Positions 1 through 13,400 of a DNA stretch of 64,000 bases are shown one piece after another. Below the pieces are notes generated by a model, which worked only from the letters and a program-made list of their open reading frames with translations, had not been told where the DNA came from and made no database searches. Origin of the DNA: Tubiluchus corallicola (lineage: Eukaryota > Animalia > Priapulida); the NCBI GenBank assembly GCA_030141605.1, contig JAQGDQ010000025.1:664907-728906 (forward strand), read 5' to 3'. Every line of letters begins with the position of its first letter. Positions within the stretch are counted from its first letter, which is position 1. Made by a program: the position numbers and the translations under genes.

Positions 1-332
1 GAACTGAAATTCAAATCAAATTCAAATTAGAAAGATGGCAAGCCATTAGTTTCAGCATTTTACTCCTGCTGTATTACTAGAAAAACTATATCACTTTCGA
101 TTACTTGATTCTTAGTACTAAGGGTAAACAAGAGTTAACAGTTTCAAAGTAAAATTGCTTAACTAAAATTTCGTAGCTCTGCTTCAAGGATTCTCATATT
201 CATGTCTAAATATTAGGAGAACGCCCCTGCCTTTCAAACCCTTTTTTCCACGTCGCATTGACCAAACTGTAAAACAAATCTCTTAAACAATCCACTTCTT
301 GGAACTTTATTAAAGGATTTACGAAAACAAAC

Positions 333-3300
333 CATTTGCTCAGCCACCTGATCCTGGAGTTGCTCAATGCGTCGATGTGCGTGGGCAATTAGGGAATTTA
401 ATTCGTCTTCAGTCAATTTCTTACCTAAATAAAAGAAACAGACAGCACGTCGAGTTGTAACATGCAATGATATAAATGGCTTATGCTAGTATAATCATCA
501 CACTGCAAACAATCCACTAAATGTGACCTGGAAAGTTGTTAATACGCCTCTGTTATTTCAATAAATTCAATATTAAGTACTCACTGAATTCATGTCTTAG
601 TTTTACCTTAGTAAATGCATAAAAACAACCGTTAATTTTCAATGTAATTTGACAACAGGGGTGACTAATTCTAAGATAAAACAAACAACACAATAGAAAA
701 AAAACATGTCAGATCAGTGACTTGAGCTGTACAACTGATTTGTTTGCAGTATTTGTTAGTTATAGTCCAGACTTCAGAATAAAGCTGAAACCAATATATT
801 TAACATAAAAAAATATTTTCATCTACAGCTTCAACAACCAGGGAAAAGTAAAGTAAAGAAAGTATAGGGTGCTAGCTTGCTTAACCAGGAAATTTAACAT
901 AAGATTTAAACGATAATCTTATCTATCACTGACGTAACACTCCAGAAACCTGTGCAACTCGGCCACAAAACAAATACAAGCAATACATAATAACTAAACC
1001 TCTCTTTCCAAGTTTTACATCTGGCAGAATACTCTCAAGTTCTTTCTTGAACTGTTTCCGGCCTTGCTCAACTAAGTCTTTGTATTCAACCATGACAGCT
1101 GATTCTGTTCTTGCAGATTCCAGCTGGAAAGAAACACAGCAACATTCATTTCACGATCTTTGATTCTTGGTTACTGTGGTTACAGAAAAGTGCAGGTAAC
1201 AACTATAACGCATTCACTGCTATTACTGGCGATAGCATTAACCAATTTTCTTTATTAGTAATAAAGTGTACAACGGCTGGAAGAAATACACTAAGACGCC
1301 AAACAAGATAGCTATAACATGTGCATGCGTAAATGGAAAATTAGTAGGTTAACCACATTAAGTTAAATTTCTACAAGGTAATGTCCGAACAATATTGTAA
1401 TTGATCAGCGTTTTTGAAATAAACTGGGTACATAAGTAGTGACATAAGTAAAAAAATTAATGAGAATTTCATTTAGGTTAACCCAGTACAAAAAAATAAT
1501 TATATTTACTCTAGGAATTGGTTTAATGAAAAAAATTTGTCGATTAGCACAAGGATTTCTACACAATGTTAGACTAGCAGATGCAAGAAAAGAAACGTTA
1601 GAAATAATTTAAGATACAAGATCTGGCTCTATTGAAGTGTAGCTAATGATAAAATTAATGTGGCATTACTTCCATTACTAGCAAGGCTGGAACTAGCATT
1701 AAAAATACAAAATCTTTACGTAGGCCCACCTAAATAAAGCAATTACCTCTGATTCAGATGAGCCAAGGCTGTATTGGAGTTTGTTCAATGCATCCGCTGC
1801 GGTAATGAGAATCGGATTCCTAGCCGTATCCTTGTTTTCCCTTCCTGTATTTACAACAGTCTTCAACCTTTCTACACTTTCCCTAATGAAAAAAAGAATA
1901 AGAAAGCTCGTATAACTGCAGCAACAAACTTTAGAGAAATGTACATTAATTTTTTGTGTTTGTAGCAAATGATATCATTCCCAGATTATGAAACTTCACA
2001 TTAACTTCAGAGGAATTTTACAAATTCAGAAGCACTTGCTGGGTTAACAAGAATTACTTTGTTGCAAGAACAACCTATAAGTCATGCTTTCTTCCAACTG
2101 AAGTTGTTGTTTTTCTGTGTTTGTAAACCCAGAATTAGTTCTTAAACTCTACATTAGCACCTACAGAAAATTTTACTAAACTTCTGAAAATTAATTTGTC
2201 CTATTACAAATTTAAAATGCCTTCCACTTCTTACAAACGCATATTGTTCTGAACAATTTGTTATCTGATACAAGAGGGGACACAGGGGGCAATCACCACC
2301 AGGCACAAGGGTGAGAGGCCGCTAAATTCCTCTAGATTTCAATGATTGTTAATAATAATTGCTAATCCGACATTAACAAAACAATTAACAAAAGTTTTTA
2401 AACTACAACAAAATTGACTAGCCAGAGATCATTGTAGCTGACTTAGTTATACGTAGAGCATTAGAAAAAAAGCTAATGTTGTTACTTAATGACGTGTGTA
2501 GGGTGTCGTGTGGCTTAGCTGATCGACAATTTTGGGAGAAACAGCGGCGTTTCTCTAAATGCCATTTGTGTTATCGTCAAAACCGTAGTGTTCTGTATCT
2601 TTCATAATTTTTGCATGTTTTAATGCTGGAGCTGAATGTCTAACAACTGTCATGTTATGAGCAATTAATGCATAGAAAAGAGTTATTCTGGTGAAGTACT
2701 GCAAATCAAACTCAGGGTCATAGAAAAAATTTGCTTGTCTTTATCCCATCATGTCGAAAAACGAAAGTTGGGCTCAGGTATGCAAAAAAATGCGCACAAT
2801 TTGTGGCTTCACCCACAAAACAAGTAATCATAACATTAAAGGGGTAGAACACAAGAAGCTTTTTTGCCCCAGGGTGCTACAAGTACTTGCTACACCGCTA
2901 CAGTCGTGGCCAAAAGTTTAAGCCCACCTGTGATTATGACGTGAATTTTGAGCTTGTTTGGTATTCAGTACCATATATTTTCCCTCATGGTGGACTGATT
3001 CGTACACACGATGGCTCATTAGGAAGGTAATTGAAAATTGCAAATAAATGTTTGTGTTGCACATGCGCGGGGCTTACAAGATGACGTCATCGCATTGATG
3101 ACGTCATCAGTACGGTTGTGGCTATTCTCTTAGACGCGCTCTTGGCAGTAGCTTTCTCTCCAGTCGTCTGATTATGTTGGATAGTAATTCTAATGAAAGG
3201 TAAGAGGATGAGTGATCAACTGCACATGCGCATATGTTATGATATGATATGCAACACACTTCCTATCATATCATGAATCAACCTAACAAATTTTTCCATG

Positions 3301-6300
3301 TCCAATCAATCATTTGGAAAAAAGAGTTATCAGTTACCTTGCTTGGTCTGTGTAAGAGTCGGCTTTCCTAACTGCAACATTCTTCACATCCAGAGCAGCA
3401 CCAACCATTTGCCACTGAGCGTCCTTATCACCCACCTTCAAAAACAAACCATTTTATTAAGAATCAATTACTGCTTCATGTTGGAAAAATAATAAAAATG
3501 CACTTTTATAAAATTTTCATCTGGACCACCTAAAATTTACTTCAATTTCAGTTTTAATGCTTCACCAAAATAGCAGATCTAGTTAGATCATGAATTACAA
3601 ATTCAAAGCAAAGTCCTTAAAATCAAAACAAGCAACAACAAAAACAACATACTTCTTGAAAATGATCTTATCAACAATATTAGCAATTTAAACTCAAATG
3701 TCTTTTAAACAGTAGCTAGACCTATTGTTAAGGTACAAGAAAACCATCCACTTACATAAAGCTTAAAAAATTCGTCTAGAAAATCTGTCCACTTACATGC
3801 TGCCTTTTTGCATACAGGACCTGCATCGGCAGTAACGCTGTATAAAACATGTAAATTTAAACTCCCGCGATGGCCGTTAGACGCAGCCATTTTGATGGTA
3901 GGTCGTTTGAAACGAGTTTGGATAACATTGAGTAAAGTTTGAAAAAACAATCAGAACATTCGTAGGGCACATGTTGCTAACTGAGTAACATTTTAAATAC
4001 GTTATCTTGTCAATAAGATTAAAAATAAGTTTTTTGGTTCTGGAGGAAAATGCTACTTAACATAGATTTACATGGAAAGTTTTTTGGCAGATAATTTAAC
4101 ATTGCCTTTTCTTTCCTGATTTATGTTTCCATAGGTGATGTCACGTAATGGCGCGGTAGGAATAGTATTGAGGGAGATTTAAAATGAAAACAAACAAAAA
4201 TCCGTTCAGTGCAACTACGATATATACATAATACTGCTGTAAAGTAGTATAAATTTTTTAAGGCGATTTTTCTGAAACCTACTTCAGGTACCCTTTTTCT
4301 TGTCCTTTAAGTTAATGTTAAGTCACAGAACAAGAACTGTTTTGTGCAAAACTACCTTTCACTTTTACGATCATGCCAAACTCTCCCACAATTCCCAATT
4401 GCAAAACAAGTGAACATCTTGTAAGCAGTAAAAAGACATAACTGTTTGTCACTTGAATTCTTTTCAGCACAAGAAAAGACAAAAGTTTAAATCATTATAG
4501 TTTTACCGTAGATAACTGAAAAATAATTGATTATTTCCTAACCTCCACTGCCAAATCTACCCATAAGCCATTGAAACAACTTCAATTGTTCTTACCTTTG
4601 ATCTATCCATCGCTGTCCTTAATTGTTGAGTATGTGTGTTCAAAGCATCAACAGCTGCTTTATGCAAGTCAACAGCTGTTTTCACACTGAATTCACATTT
4701 GCTTTGTTCACTTTCAAGCAACTTCTCTAAAGCTGTAACAATTTGTAACAATTTGTGAATGAAAAATGGAAAAAACTGAAAAATGTTTTAAACAAATCTG
4801 GCTAATTTTTCTGAAAGTCATTAGGTACAAATATTGATTATCATTAATTGATTTAGTTGATCTCATGCTCTCAGACAGTTGAAAATGTAGAGCCAAATCG
4901 AAATTTTAGTTCATATTCTTGACCAGACAAACTGATTGGTGAATATAAAAACGATTGCCAGCACCCACTTAAGCAAAGACAGGACTTTCATTCAGATACA
5001 TGTACAACATCTACAACGTTTCCACATACTTAATGTCCCACAAAAACCCACCTAAATAAAATGTCTAGACAAAATTGCATGTCATTTATAATGCATCTGG
5101 CAATGCAGGTATTGGCAAGGAGCCAGAAAGTGGTTTAAAAAACAGATAAAAATATTTTTCAGCTCACAAGAATCCAAACTGTCTCCATCACGAACACAGC
5201 ATGAAAAATGAATAAATCGCCTCAACGCCAGGTAATTGACACCAGTAATTGATAATGTGCAGTTTATTTAACTTTATAAAAACGTATTTTAGAAAGAACA
5301 CAACAGAGTTTTCATTTCAGGTACACTAATTACCTGCATTTTCTGCAGCAACCTCAGCATCTCTTTCTGCTAAACGCCTCTCCATCATCTCACTTTCTTG
5401 TCTGCCCTTCACACCCTTGTCAGCCGTAATCTTTATTTTCTCGCCAGACACTAAAATATTTTAAAGAAAAAATCACTGACAGCCAAAGTGGATATACAAC
5501 ATAATAAATACAAAGTAACCTAAAAAAAATTTCCATTTTCTTCAATAATAGATTGCATTACATGAAAACATTTCATTTTTACTGTGTTGCATGCAGCTTT
5601 TACGTAAAGTATGAACACTTGTATTTTTTCATTTTTAATCACTAATTGTGTTTTGATAATAGCTGACAATTTACAATTCAATGTCAATTTTCAGAAAATA
5701 CTCACATAATAATTCTCACACTGTTGTGGTGTTCATGTGGTGATTTAACGTACACGATTCTGCACTAAGCAAGACTTCTGATAACGTGCACAATGCCAAT
5801 AAATGTTGAAAAAAATTTAAAAAAATAGACATGCAATTAAAATAGCAAAGGCATTTTGCAAAGTTTGTTTTCATTTTCCAAAATTGCAAATCTGTCAGCT
5901 AATAAACTTATTGTTATTCGCGAAATTTATAATGCTAGTATGGGTGGTGCATGACCTGGAAAAAAGGCTTACAATGTCTTAATTTTCTGAATCGTTGAAT
6001 TGCCATTTCCTACACGCAGTAGCGTGTGCAGTCACAGACATACATTTATAATTAATTTACTTCACTCTTTACCACTGGCACCTCAGAAATTTCTAAACTT
6101 GTATAACCAAACTGGTGACAAAGTACATGTGATTTAATGAAGTTGCTGAAAATGCAATTTGCTGAAGCACGATTTCTACTGTTCAGAAAAGGTTAAAAGA
6201 AATCTAGATGCAAAACAACATCTAGCAAGAATTCTGGTACAAAAAAATGACACTGTGTTGTGCCAGTAATCTTAAATGGTCTTTTGAAGCCTTTGGAAAG

Positions 6301-9300
6301 ACTGAAGAGACAAAGAATTTATCATCCTGATGCTACAAAAAAATCTCTGCCTAAAGATTAATACCTCAGCAGCAAACCTCATTTATCTTCAAGCTTTGTA
6401 CACCATTACTTCAACATTCATGTGGCTAAAACCTTATCAAATATAGTGAAAATAATCGTTCTGTTCACAAAATTCACAAGACCAAATATACCAATCACTT
6501 TTCAACATTAGTTTCACATCCCTTATATTTATAATTGTTCTGCTGTTACTACAACTAAAATGTATCTATAGTGAAATAGTTACCTAATGGCTGAGTGTCT
6601 ATATCTTCCGGTTGTGTTCTTGGTGTGCCAGCTATAATTGTTCGCTCCGGTTTCTGCAAACATAAGATAACAATCACTACAACAGTAACTCGTGTAAGAT
6701 GAATTCTTTGCAAATGTATGCAACAGACTTAAGATGCGTGTACCCAAATCCTCAACTAGGCCTGTATGCAATTTCTGATGGAACATACTGTAAAATTTAT
6801 TACAAAACACTGCATTTGATAAAATTTTGTAGTATTAGACAGACAATGATTAAAATCACGGAGCTCTTTTTTAACAGGTATCAATCTTGAATCAACACCA
6901 AATGAATTAAAAACAATGTAGTAACAGCAAAGCAAGTAAAATTAGTTATATTACTCATTTTGTCTATGAGTGCTTGCAATAAATACAAATTGACAGTGAA
7001 GTGGGCTGAACGGGTATTAATTACATTCTCCGCAAAATAATAAGCGAATATTCGAGAATAACAATTTACTAATTTTCCCGACAAGTTTGCAAGAAGAGTT
7101 CAAAACAGACAGATTATTAGTATCAGGGCAAAAATTGAAAATATTGGTACAAAATGTGAACAAAATGGTAAGAAATACTTACTTTTCTTCCCAAAGGTGG
7201 CAATACATCAGTGCTGCAAAATAATTAAGCATATATTTCAAACTTCCTTAATTGTTTGGATTTTAACAGAATCACCAAAAATGACAGATCTGTATGATGA
7301 CCACATAAAAACAATCAATTATCATGTTAACTAATATGCAATACTATTATAGAAATATTTAGCTTGTTCATATAACAAGTTAACAACATTTAAATAAAAC
7401 TACAACCAAGTAAATAACTTTTACATAAAATCACTGCTACAGTTGGTAAGGCTAGGAAACAATTGGAGCTGCTCAAATCCTTTTTGTTCATAACATGTCT
7501 CTACCCTTCTTTTACAACACAATGAACTTATATCACATGGAGTTTATGTTGTCCAGGATATCTATACATTTGCTTTTCTCAAAGCCAGTAGGCAATCTCA
7601 CATCTGGCTTTGCTTTATCAAGTAATTAGTTTTTCTTTTGGTCCTTAAAAACTTGTTGAAGATGACTATGGTAGAACAATCATAAATGTGCCAAGAGTTT
7701 TGTGTTCTAAGTAGATACAATAAAAATTCTGCATAGTTAAATTTGGCCCTGACACTGCCTTAATGAATATATTTTATAATTGATTTTAACAAAAGCCTAT
7801 AACATATCAAACCGGTAAAGCATGACATTTTAATGCTTATGCAGAACTAATGATCTTAACCGTTTTTGTCAAATCATTTCAAAACAATTGAAAAATTATC
7901 AGAGAGTACCCGAGTACTTGAGAATGTTTGACCACTAATGCAATTAGCAAATGTGTCACTCATACCAACTCTACTAATTAAACATAGTAAGCGCTGTTGA
8001 GGAAAACTCCTGTATTTGTTAACATGTCTACTGTCATGTCTACAACTAAACAAGTACATAATGCCTTAGCAACTTAAGAGCCAAAGTAATTACAGCTTCT
8101 GGTTAAATAACAAACTACGTAAAAAACTTTAGAGTCCAAACCTTGAACCAAAATCCCGTGTCTCCAAACTTAACATTGACAGTACTAGGTTGATAGATTG
8201 AGTGGAATATGGAACATTACTTTCCACTTGTTCACGAAATTTTGGGTCATACCAAGCATAACCGATGACACCACCTGCGCCAGCAATTGAAACTCCGAGT
8301 AGCTTTATAATAGTTCCACCCCATCCTCTGAAAGTACCAAATTGTTGAAAAATAAGTCCACGTAAACCAAGAGCTGTAATCGAAATTTGTTTAGTCACCT
8401 GAAAGATGCTGGTACAAAATAAGGATACATGTCTTGAGACCCAAGGTAGCATTTCCAATCAAAATCATCTTTTAACTTGTGTTCTGCAAGCAAATTTACA
8501 CTCAGTCAGGTCATAGCAAGTAGAAAAGTGACAATAGGGAGTGAACTGTAACTTTGCCAAGTTAACACAGTGCATAAGCAGAAACAATACAGTACCAAAG
8601 TGAAATTAAACATGCAATTTTATAAGCCATGCTGAGATTTTTTACACAATGCATATATTATGTGGAAGTATGCAAGGCCGGCTCTATCGCTAGGCAAATT
8701 AGACAGTTGTCTGGGGCACCAAATGCTGGAAGGAATTCTTCAATTCTTAAGTTTTGCTTTAGCATAAGTAGTAGTGTAATGTTATGTGTAATTGCTTCAA
8801 TGTACAACAGTTTAATTTAACAAAAAAACTGCTCGAGTTATTTTCCTGACAAAATACTGTATGACTCACTGACGCCAACATGCAGCTCTCTTCCTTCAGC
8901 AAAACACTTTCTACTTTTTCTTCTTCTGGCTTCCTAAGATTACGTCATTTTATGCAAACACTACTGAGTACTGACATGTTACTCTCCTCATGCCCAGTTT
9001 ATCTTGTATATAGATAGCAGCATAAAAATTTTTATTGCTCCTGAAGACTCAGGACATACAGTGGAATCACAAGTTCAATTTCAAATGAAATTGACATGAG
9101 CTGTACATAGATAATCAACTATAGTTAATTAGTACACTGTAATAAATGTATATAAGCCTAACGCACAGATGCCATTATACTTTTATTACATACAGCAAAA
9201 ATTCAATTTTGTGGGTCGGGTGCATGGCAACAATGGGGAAGCCGTTGACAGTTGAGGAGGGAACGACAAAAATACTTATTCCTAGAGTACCAAACTAGCT

Positions 9301-10021
9301 AGAGCCGGCCCTGGAAATACGTTGATATTATGATAACAAAGAACCATTATAAGATGCCATGTTAAACCTTTTCGCAGGAGGCAGCACTGGTGGTACGTCA
9401 GCCTTTGGAGGCACAGTTGGTTTTACTTCTGTCGTTTTGACACTTTGGGTGGTTTTTGTTTCACCTGGTTTCACATCTGCCTTGGAGGATGAATAACGAT
9501 GGCTTCTCGTTGTCTAAAATAAAAGAATGTCATATTACTTCATGAACTACAAATTAATTGTGATAACAATATATAATAAAAAATAAGCCTAACTTTATTG
9601 GTCCACTTAAGCAAGAGGTAGATTACATTCAGACGAGTTAGTCCAGGAATCTTTTTTTCAGCTTATTTTACATGTAATCACTTATACATACACATACACA
9701 CACACACACATTCCACTTGAGATAACATAAATCTAAAACGAGAGAGAAAACGTGTGATAAAGCAATTAACAGAGGTTTAACAAGAGAGAAAACTATGGGC
9801 AAAACGCCTACTACGGTAATAAATACAATTTAAATTATTACTTGCAATGGCTGAAATTTATTTGAATAATTGAAATGATTTTATCTAAACTTTGTTGAAT
9901 ATGAAACCGATACACATACTGCACTTTGCTTGCTTGTAAGTGAAATTTAGATAACATTAATGTGTATTTTGTTAGCACGTACCCTAAACTTGAGAGGAAA
10001 TTGACGCGTTGTTCGCCACAT
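333..10021 (-). CDS. IMMT: MICOS complex subunit MIC60 / mitofilin, 5' part (continues beyond the left edge)
   Basis: Phase-consistent GT-AG exons: 10021-9983 (MWRTTRQFPLKFR, basic presequence), 9513-9368, 8327-8142 (TM LLGVSIAGAGGVIGYAWYDPKFREQVESNVPY), 7213-7183, 6653-6584, 5450-5334, 4732-4596, 3435-3338, 1882-1747, 1123-1000 (YKDLVEQGRKQFKKELESILPDV), 424-333 (KLTEDELNSLIAHAHRRIEQLQ, a hallmark mitofilin motif). Probable non-coding exon ends at 10133. Confidence 0.93.
8673..9313. mobile_element. hAT-like MITE in IMMT intron
   Basis: TIRs CAAGGCCGGCTCTA / TAGAGCCGGCCCTG; 8-bp flanks GAAGTATG / GAAATACG (6/8 match). Confidence 0.7.
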
Positions 10022-10133
10022 TTCACGTTTAGTCTTCCTCTCTGCTATTTGTGTGAAAAGCCAACAAAAATATATAAAAATTTGACAATTATTTAACTAA
10101 AGTGACCACAACAGGCACCGGCTCCTACTTACA

Positions 10134-10472
10134 CAACGTACAGCCTTACACACTTTAGCTTATAACTTCACGAATTCGCCACTAGAGGTCGACGTCAAGT
10201 TGAAGGGCATTCAGGACTTTCTACTTTTTATCCAAGGGTAACAATCTCTTGGTAGAAAAAACATTTTCGCATAATTTATGTAAAACACAATGCAAAAAAC
10301 AAAACCATCACTTTTTTAGAAAATTGTTTAAAATTGATTATACTGTAGAAAATCTTTTTGCGACTTGTGACAGTGAATTATGACCGACGTACAAAAAATG
10401 ATGAGCGCTCCCACCTATAAAAATGGGACTATTTTAACCTACATCCGGTACAGCGAGTTTCAGACTTTCAAT
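10134..10472. promoter_or_regulatory. Putative bidirectional promoter IMMT/MRPL35
   Basis: Short spacer between divergent first exons. Contains an ETS/GABP-like site (ACATCCGGT at 10441 = ACCGGATGT on minus) and a CRE-like GACGTCA at 10191. TSSs cannot be located from sequence alone. Confidence 0.55.
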
Positions 10473-13400
10473 ATGTCTGCGGCCTGTTTTGTGCGTGGCG
10501 TGATAAGTGGTACATAAAAAACATTCTTTCTTTTACGTTCAACTAATCTTTCGCTAAATAAGTAAAATAACTTGTACAGTAGTTAGTAAGTCTAATATCT
10601 TCTTAGGTTTGGCACACTTTCTTACTATACATGTTGAGTAACATGTGGTACACCATTGCCCAGAGTATTTCATGATTTTCTTAATGGATTTCATTTTTAT
10701 ATAATGAAGATACAGCTGTCCTATTGAGATGAAATAACGGCTACTGGTAAGCCGTTTCTTCACATTTCAAGAACTCCTATGTTTGGTCCAGTTGATGGTG
10801 GTAATTTGCAGATTATTCTGTAACTTTCCTGGACCATCCAGGCATCCGTTGGTAAAAGAGATTAAAGTTTGTTTCATCCTCAACCTGGTTTGCCTCTTTG
10901 ACAGTGTACATCTGTCCGTCAAGAGTTTGAGCTGTCATATTCTGAGATGCAATAATATATGAAATTTCTAAGCTATTGTTGTTGACGATGATGTTATTGG
11001 TGGTGATAGATGTGGTGGTTGTGTTGATAGTTTTGAAAGTAATAACAAGAGAACCATAGAAGAGCTGCACCTCCACTCTTGAAATTTGGTGTGTTCTTGT
11101 AAATACATACACTTGTACTCGCTTCACACATATACACCCATGTAAACCCAGCCGCAGTGCATTGATAGCAAGGTACATCATCATATTAAAATTAAATACA
11201 TTGTCAGAAAGTGAAATACATCTTTTTAAGTGACTATGTTTTAAAATGCAATGTAGAAAATAAAATTACAATAGCATTTTTTAAAACTACATTGAAATAA
11301 AAGGAAATCCATTGACAAAGTTTTGAAATAAATTGTAGGAAAATGAAATACGTCATTGATCTTTTGAAGTACATTTTATAAAAATGAAATCCATCAAGCA
11401 TCTTTTGAAATATATTGTAGGAAAATGAAATACTTTGTCTAATTCAGTAAATTAATAGTGCATCTTTAAGAATACTGTGCAAAAAGGTGTCTCCTGTAGT
11501 TTCAGGAGTTTATTTCCATCCCAATTGGATCTTGCCATTAAGCCAAATGAACAAAGCCACATAAGCAAAATGAATGACTACCCCACCCCCTGGTCAGATG
11601 AACGGGTTAGCTAAGTAATCGTGGTATGTGCTTAGTAGCCGAGGTTAGGAATTTCACCGACTGTCGTTGGTTATCGCCTGGTTCGCAACAAGGCTGATCT
11701 CGAAAAAGTTTTAATTTGAAGTTCCATGTATGCTTGAATTAAGTCACTCACCTTTGCAGCTACCCCATCATTTTGACACTTATTACGGCTTTAGCTCAGT
11801 AGCCTTCGTGTAAAGAAGCCAAAACTGGGTTATATCTTACACTCATTTTCTATACAACTTATTTTAGATGCTTGCGCTTAACTATAATTGAGCGAGAATA
11901 TATGTGCGTCAATAGTTAAGGATACTAGTATCATGGTGTAGGCAGACTTGTTTCTCTTGAATCAAATCTAAATTTTGTTCTTTAATAGCATCAACATACG
12001 TTTGGATAGCCTCTTTAAATTGATTAACTGTGATTGCTTCCAAGCCCTTTGTGGTAAACCATTCCACAGTACCCTATGGTTAAAAAAGTATTTTCTTAAA
12101 ACCCAGCTTTGCTCTTTTCTATGTTTTTGGTAACCCTAGGTGTGCAAGAAGACAGTTCACTCTCTGTAGAGATCTTTCCGCTAAGACATCTGGACAAATA
12201 TGTTATCTAGAAGAAGGGTCTTTTTTTGGTTTATACTTCAGTACTCAACCTAAGTTACTGTTTTCCTGATCTACAGGCACTATATTTTGGTTACTTTTTT
12301 GAAGTTTAATGATGACAAAATAATAATTAGTGACTGCTAATTGATCATTTTTCTCTTATTCATGATTTCAATGACAAGAATTGAAACAAAAAAAACCAAA
12401 ACAACATTTAAGGCAAAACATAATTTTGTGAGTTTTCTATTTCAAATAGAAGCAGCTGGAAAATTTTTATTGTGATACTGACAGTTACTAATGAAAAATT
12501 TTTGTAAACGTAAACAAATACCAGACGGGGTTAACATATCTGTAGTGCAATTTCTCATGTACATATTCTAGAAATTTAGTAAACATGGCTTTATTGCCTG
12601 TCAGCACAGTGCTCAGTTGTTAGCATATTTACAAAGCAGTGCATTAAGGAATACTACAATGACTGCCTAACTGTTTGTTTACATTACTGCTATTGAATCC
12701 TAAAATGTTTTTTAATGGATCACACATTTTATAATAGTTACTGCCCATATTTGTGGCATCTGTTGGACTGCTAATGCACGTTGCTAATGCCAAGGCTTGT
12801 GTAATCACTCTTGTATTGCTTAGGCTAGTGAATTTTGTGAGTTGTTAGCAGCTATTGGCAACAAGAGACAAAAAGGAAACTTGTGAATATCAATTACTTT
12901 ATTTAAAAAAAATTCAAATGTTCCTGTTATGCCATTGGAAGCAAACCTTGTTTCTTTGTAACAATGTGTGTTACGACAAGATCTCTCAAAACAGTGAATC
13001 AAACGACATTGCTTAATTTCAACTTATTGATGTAGCTGTTAGCTATACATTGGGTATAATATATGTATGTATTCTGCTAAAGAGGTTCTTGTTGGAAATG
13101 AAACAGTTGAAAGAGCTAATCATTTTTGAACTAAAATGAATAACGGCAGTAATCAGAGTGTAACTAGCAACACCTTTGTACTCGCAACTGCATTTTTCAG
13201 CACATTCTTCATAATTATTGGACTCATCATCATTGTTCTAAATATGCTTGTTGTCACTGCTATTCTCAAATATAAAAAGTTGCAAACAATGTCAAATTGG
13301 CTCTTGCTTAATCTGTCAGTGGGTGATGGATTGCTTGGCAGTATGGCATTGATGCTTGTAGACGGCGTTTTGCACATGAATGTTATTTCTGCAAATAAGT

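Noticed and set aside
10554-11184. Two minus-strand ORFs in MRPL35 intron 1
   Set aside because: Low-complexity and no recognisable family; at most a decayed transposon remnant.
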